A DNA stretch of 29,692 nucleotides. Source: Atribacterota bacterium (GTDB lineage Bacteria; Atribacterota; Phoenicimicrobiia; Phoenicimicrobiales; Phoenicimicrobiaceae). The stretch lies in NCBI GenBank assembly GCA_041490145.1, contig JBGPSO010000001.1:1-29692 (forward strand). Reading direction: 5' to 3'. This document shows, piece by piece, positions 25,443-29,692 of the stretch. The notes beneath the pieces were generated by a model. It made no database searches and was not told the origin of the DNA. It saw only the letters and a program-made list of their open reading frames with translations. Position 1 is the stretch's first letter. Every line of letters begins with the position of its first letter. Both the position numbers and the translations under genes were made by a program.

Positions 25443-26315
25443 TTGAACCAAGATTTTGAATTAAAAGAACTTGGACCAATAAAATATTTCCAATGTAGAG
25501 AATTAGATAATACCAACTTAGTAGTAAATGCTTTTAGCACGAGATTAGGTGGAGTAAGTAAATCTCCTTTTAATAGCCTTAATCTATCCTATCAGGTAAA
25601 TGATAAAGAAAATTGTGTTTTAGAAAATAGAAAAATAATTTCAGATATTTTGAATATTAACTATCGAAGTATGACCTCTGCCCAGCAGGTACATAAAGAC
25701 AAAATAACTGTCGTAAAAGAAGAAGATAAAGGCAAAGGAGCTTTTACACCTTCTGATGCGATTAAGGAAAGCGATGCTTTAATTACTAACCTCCCTGAAA
25801 TACCACTTTTAATGTGTTATGCTGATTGTGTACCTATTTTTATTTTAGATCCTATTAAAAAGGTTATTGGGTTAATTCATAGTGGAAGAAAGGGAACAGA
25901 ATTGGAATTAACCTTAAAAACATTGTTTAAGATGAAAACAATCTTCGGGACAACCCCCCGCTCCTGCTTAACTGCCATTTTTCCTTCCATTGGTCCCTGC
26001 TGTTATAATATTAAATTTCAAGATGAAACTGCTAATTATTGTTTAAGTGAAGACAATTTTAATAGTAAAGTAGTTTCTAAACGAAATAAAGATAGTTGGT
26101 ATCTTGATTTAAAAAAAGCAAATTATTTGCAATTGGTTAAGGGAGGAGTAGAGGAAAAGAATATTTTTGTTAATGAAATTTGTACTGCCGATCATCCTGA
26201 GCTTTTCTTCTCTTATCGGAGAGACAAGGGTAATACTGGGCGAATGGCGGCAATTTTTATGCTAAAAAAAGGAGGAGAGTATGCGAATAAAAGAGCACCC
26301 TATTCTGGAATTTAG
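25443..26315 (+). CDS. pgeF: PgeF/YfiH-family protein (peptidoglycan editing factor / purine nucleoside phosphorylase)
   Basis: FSTRLGGVS, QVH, DALIT, ADCVPI, HSGRKG, PSIGPCCY, CT..HPELFFSYRR...GRM. Confidence 0.92.
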   Translation: MNQDFELKELGPIKYFQCRELDNTNLVVNAFSTRLGGVSKSPFNSLNLSYQVNDKENCVLENRKIISDILNINYRSMTSAQQVHKDKITVVKEEDKGKGAFTPSDAIKESDALITNLPEIPLLMCYADCVPIFILDPIKKVIGLIHSGRKGTELELTLKTLFKMKTIFGTTPRSCLTAIFPSIGPCCYNIKFQDETANYCLSEDNFNSKVVSKRNKDSWYLDLKKANYLQLVKGGVEEKNIFVNEICTADHPELFFSYRRDKGNTGRMAAIFMLKKGGEYANKRAPYSGI

Positions 26316-26586
26316 TCCAGGTAAAAAAGTTAAATTTACTTTAGACCGGATAGAAATGGAAGGTAAGGAAGGAGAGCCTATTGCTTCTGCCTTGGTTGCT
26401 GCTGGAGTAAAAGTGTTGAGCAGAAGTATTAAGTATCACCGACCCCGGGGATTCTTTTGTGCGATAGGTAAGTGCTCCTCCTGTCTAATGAAAGTAAATG
26501 GCATTCCTAATGTAAGAACTTGTGTAACTAAATTAGAAGAAGGGATGAATATAGAAATCCAAAAAGGAAAAGGTGATTTCAATTGA
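26281..26586 (+). CDS. [2Fe-2S] ferredoxin-like subunit (Fer2_4; HcnA / N-terminus of PDH alpha)
   Basis: GEPIASAL, RGFFCAIGKCSSCLM.VNG.PNVRTC; GGAGGAG RBS at 26271-26277. Confidence 0.85.
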   Translation: MRIKEHPILEFSPGKKVKFTLDRIEMEGKEGEPIASALVAAGVKVLSRSIKYHRPRGFFCAIGKCSSCLMKVNGIPNVRTCVTKLEEGMNIEIQKGKGDFN

Positions 26587-27683
26587 AGAAGACTAACCTA
26601 GCTATAATTGGAGGAGGTCCAGCAGGATTATCAGCAGCAATTTGTGCTGCCTCTTCAGGAGCAAAAATAACCCTTATCGATGATAGTTTAGAATTAGGGG
26701 GGCAATTGATAAAACAAACCCATAAATTTTTTGGTTCTAAGAAACAATTTGCTGGGATTAGGGGCATAGAAATTGCTAGAAATTTACTACAAGAAATTAA
26801 AAAATATAAGAATATTGAACTAATTTGTAATGCCACGGTAACCGGATATTATGAAGATGGTATTCTAACTATTGTCCAGGGTAGTAATGGTGATATATTT
26901 ATTAAATTACTACCTGATAGAATTATCGTAGCCACTGGAGCTTCGGAAAATATGTTGACTTTTGTAAATAATGATCTACCAGGAGTATATGGGGCGGGGG
27001 CAGTGCAAACCTTAATGAATCTTTATGGAGTAGTCCCGGGCAATAATATCTTAATGGTAGGAGCAGGAAATATTGGTTTAATTGTTAGCTATCAACTCCT
27101 GCAAGCAGGTATTAAGGTGGAAGCAATCGTGGAAGCCCTTCCTAAAATAGGTGGATATCTGGTACATGCAGCTAAAATTAGACGTTTAGGAGTTCCAATT
27201 TATACTTCCCATTCCTTAAAAGAGGTCTACGGTAATGATGGTGTAGAAAAAGCGGTAATTAGTGAAATTAATAAAGATTTTGAATTTATTCCGGGAACAG
27301 AAAAAGAACTTAAAGTAGACACTATCTGTTTAGCAGTTGGCTTATCTCCGCTTTCTGATTTACTCTGGCAGGCAGGTTGTCAGATGAAATATATTGCTGA
27401 ACTCGGCGGATATGTGGCTTTAAGAGATGATAATATGAAATCAAGTTTAGATAATATTTATATTGCAGGGGATGTAGCTGGCATTGAAGAAGCCAGTAGT
27501 GCTATGTTAGAGGGAAAAATTGCTGGGTTAAATGCTGCAGTGAGTTTAGGATATAGAGTTGAAAATTTTTTAGAACTAAACAGAAACTTAAGAAAAGAGT
27601 TAAAAGAATTACGAGCTAATCCTTTAAGCGAAAAGGTAAAAATAGGCTTAGAAAAAGCTTTGATTAAGAGGGAAGTGGGTTAA
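26583..27683 (+). CDS. NAD(P)/FAD-dependent oxidoreductase (PDH alpha / HcnB-like core)
   Basis: IGGGPAGLSAA, LGGQLIKQTH, ATGA.E, DLPGVYGAGA, VGAGNIGL, IAGDVAGIEEA. Confidence 0.85.
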   Translation: MKKTNLAIIGGGPAGLSAAICAASSGAKITLIDDSLELGGQLIKQTHKFFGSKKQFAGIRGIEIARNLLQEIKKYKNIELICNATVTGYYEDGILTIVQGSNGDIFIKLLPDRIIVATGASENMLTFVNNDLPGVYGAGAVQTLMNLYGVVPGNNILMVGAGNIGLIVSYQLLQAGIKVEAIVEALPKIGGYLVHAAKIRRLGVPIYTSHSLKEVYGNDGVEKAVISEINKDFEFIPGTEKELKVDTICLAVGLSPLSDLLWQAGCQMKYIAELGGYVALRDDNMKSSLDNIYIAGDVAGIEEASSAMLEGKIAGLNAAVSLGYRVENFLELNRNLRKELKELRANPLSEKVKIGLEKALIKREVG

Positions 27684-27685
27684 TA

Positions 27686-28183
27686 ATGTTAGAAAAAACT
27701 GGTATTCCCACCGATGATGATTTAAAAAAAGTAATTCCGGATAAAGAAAGATTAGCTAAAGGAGCAGTAGTTATCATAGAATGCTTTCAGAAGATACCTT
27801 GTGATCCTTGTGCTATATCGTGCAAGTTTGGAGCAATAAAACCATTTAAAGATATAAATGATTTACCTCAAGTTGATTTTAATAAATGTACTGGTTGTGG
27901 GATTTGTATTAGTGCTTGCCCAGGTTTGGCTATATTTGTAATAGATAATAACTATTTAGAAAATAAAGCCTTAATTAAGTTACCTTATGAAATGCTTCCT
28001 CTGCCCGAAAAAGGGAAAGAGGTTTATGCTTTAGATAGAGCAGGAAAGATAGTGAGTAAAGCAAAAGTAGTGAGAGTCCAAAAGATTAAAAATAAGACCA
28101 ATATAATTTCCATATCAGTTCCCAAAAATATGGCTATGAAGGTTAGAAGTATAAATGTGGAGGACAAAAAGAATGAAGGATGA
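27686..28183 (+). CDS. [4Fe-4S] ferredoxin-domain subunit (PdhF/gamma-like)
   Basis: ECFQKIPCDPCAISC and CTGCGICISACPG, plus C-terminal LPYEMLPLP domain; 165 aa. Confidence 0.82.
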   Translation: MLEKTGIPTDDDLKKVIPDKERLAKGAVVIIECFQKIPCDPCAISCKFGAIKPFKDINDLPQVDFNKCTGCGICISACPGLAIFVIDNNYLENKALIKLPYEMLPLPEKGKEVYALDRAGKIVSKAKVVRVQKIKNKTNIISISVPKNMAMKVRSINVEDKKNEG

Positions 28184-28445
28184 TATCATAATTTGCCGAT
28201 GTGAAGATGTCACCTGGGGAGAAATAAGACAAGCTTTAGAAAAAGGATATACTAGTCTCGATGAAATTAAAAGAATTACTAGAGCCGGAATGGGAAGATG
28301 TCAGGGTAATACTTGTCACCAGATTATCTTAAGAGAAATTGCTAAATTTTGTAATAAAAAAATAGAGGAGTTATCCATATCTACTTTTAGACCTCCTACT
28401 AAACCAATTAAATTAGGAACTCTGGCAGGTGATAATGATGATTAA
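28173..28445 (+). CDS. BFD-like [2Fe-2S] subunit (PdhX/delta-like; HcnB C-terminal domain)
   Basis: IICRCEDVT, KRITRAGMGRCQG.TC, TFRPP.KP. Start set at ATG 28173 after GGAGG (28159-28163). Confidence 0.82.
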   Translation: MKDDIIICRCEDVTWGEIRQALEKGYTSLDEIKRITRAGMGRCQGNTCHQIILREIAKFCNKKIEELSISTFRPPTKPIKLGTLAGDNDD

Positions 28446-29580
28446 AAAAGCAGATATAGTTATTATTGGTGGAGGGGTAGTTGGTTGTAGCATTGCTTAT
28501 AATTTAGCTAAATTGGGAGCTAAAAATATAATATTATTGGAAAAAAATACTCTAGCCAGTGGTGCTACTGGAAGATGTGGAGCAGGGATTAGACAGCAAT
28601 TTGGAACTAAGATGAATTGTATCCTGGCTCGGGAGAGTATAAAAATTTTTGAGAATTTAAGTCAGGAACTGGAATATGATATTGAACTTAATCAAGGTGG
28701 ATATCTTATCTTGGCTTATACCGAAAAAGAGGTGAACCAGTTTAAGAAAAATATAGCCTTGGAACAATCTTTAAATATTAAGGCCAGACTCATAACGGTT
28801 GAGGAAGCAAAAGAGAGTGTCCCCCCTCTAAATACAGAAGGTATATTAGCTGCCACTTTTTGTCCTACCGATGGTCATGCCAATCCTTTTAAAACCAATT
28901 TTGCTTATGCGGAGGCTGCAGAGAGGTTAGGGGTAAAGATATATACCTTTACTGAGGTAAAAGAGATTGAAACAGAAAACCATAAGATAGTTGCCGTTAA
29001 TACAGATAAAGGAAAGGTGTTAACTCCTATGGTAGTAAATGCAGCTGGTGGATATTCGGGAATAATTGGGAAGATGGTAGGTGTTGATTTACCAGTCTAT
29101 TCCCAAAGACATCAAATTTTAATTACTGAACCCCTTGACCCTTTATTTAGGCCGATGTTAATGTCTTTCTCTCGCAATTTTTACTGTCAGCAGACTCCTC
29201 ATGGTAGTATAATAATGGGCTTTGGCGATCCTAATGAACGAAAAGATGGCAATATAGGATCGAGCTGGCAATTTGCTCAGGAAATGGCTCAAAAGATGAC
29301 TGCTGTGCTGCCTTTATTAAAAGAGGTGAGTATGGTTAGACAGTGGGCCGGTTTATATAATATGAGCCCAGATGCTCAGCCAATCTTGGGTGAACACCCC
29401 CAAATTGAAGGTTTTTACATGGCGATAGGATTTAGCGGGCACGGATTTATGTTAGCTCCGATAACTAGTAAGCTAATTGCGGAATTGATATTAAAAGAAA
29501 GAACTTCTTTACCTATAGATGAGTTGGATATAGGAAGATTTGAACGGGGGGAATTAATTATTGAACCTTCAGTAGTATAA
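28438..29580 (+). CDS. FAD-dependent amino-acid dehydrogenase (DAO family; PDH beta / sarcosine oxidase beta-like)
   Basis: IIGGGVVGCSIAY, GATGRCGAGIRQQF, DGHANP, NAAG, QWAGLY..SPDAQP, GFSGHGFMLAP. Start probably ATG 28438 (28429 and 28435 are possible). Confidence 0.88.
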   Translation: MIKKADIVIIGGGVVGCSIAYNLAKLGAKNIILLEKNTLASGATGRCGAGIRQQFGTKMNCILARESIKIFENLSQELEYDIELNQGGYLILAYTEKEVNQFKKNIALEQSLNIKARLITVEEAKESVPPLNTEGILAATFCPTDGHANPFKTNFAYAEAAERLGVKIYTFTEVKEIETENHKIVAVNTDKGKVLTPMVVNAAGGYSGIIGKMVGVDLPVYSQRHQILITEPLDPLFRPMLMSFSRNFYCQQTPHGSIIMGFGDPNERKDGNIGSSWQFAQEMAQKMTAVLPLLKEVSMVRQWAGLYNMSPDAQPILGEHPQIEGFYMAIGFSGHGFMLAPITSKLIAELILKERTSLPIDELDIGRFERGELIIEPSVV

Positions 29581-29634
29581 AAAAGTCGAATAAAAAAATA
29601 ATAAATTAATTTTATAATTTTTCTTAAAAAAAGA

Positions 29635-29659
29635 AGGATTTTTTAAATTTTTGTAGAGT
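29635..29659 (+). promoter_or_regulatory. Candidate SigH-like promoter for the next gene beyond the window
   Basis: AGGA-TTT-N11-GTAGAGT, same geometry as 3129-3153, followed by AAAGGAG (RBS-like) at the window end. Confidence 0.45.
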
Positions 29660-29692
29660 TGTATTCAATAAGCAAGTGCAACAAAGGAGCAA

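Noticed and set aside
8384-26836. Other short minus-strand ORFs (8384, 9250, 9919, 12282, 13338, 15129, 15366, 16509, 18694, 19039, 20726, 26579) and the + strand 25276-25479 ORF
   Set aside because: All lie largely or wholly within well-supported housekeeping genes, have shadow-type composition and show no motifs or RBS.

Overview
Low-GC bacterial window with every real gene on the + strand. The heptamer/octamer intergenic repeats and gene content would fit an anaerobe such as Atribacterota JS1, but that taxonomy is inference only. Layout: partial flavodoxin-like gene, rlmN, tRNA-CAU (probably Ile2), zinc-ribbon gene, RNase P RNA, then a division/cell-wall (dcw) cluster (mraZ rsmH ftsL ftsI murE murF mraY ftsW murG murC murB ftsQ ftsA ftsZ, with no murD). 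After it come an NrdR-box-controlled nrdR-nrdD-thioredoxin-nrdG unit (class III RNR with two ATP cones and a 525-aa LAGLIDADG intein), pgeF, and a five-gene flavin/Fe-S amino-acid dehydrogenase cluster resembling archaeal PDH2 (pdhAFXB). The most unusual signal is non-coding. Five dcw gene junctions hold ORF-less, bracket-like nested palindromes built from 7-mer and 4/8-mer tandem arrays. Several modules recur at different junctions, one as an inverted copy, one carries a GC-rich REP-like insert, and one pair of 27-nt inverted arms brackets the whole ftsQ-ftsA-ftsZ block across about 3.7 kb. MurE also has a non-canonical substrate pocket (DNPK, GGEK).
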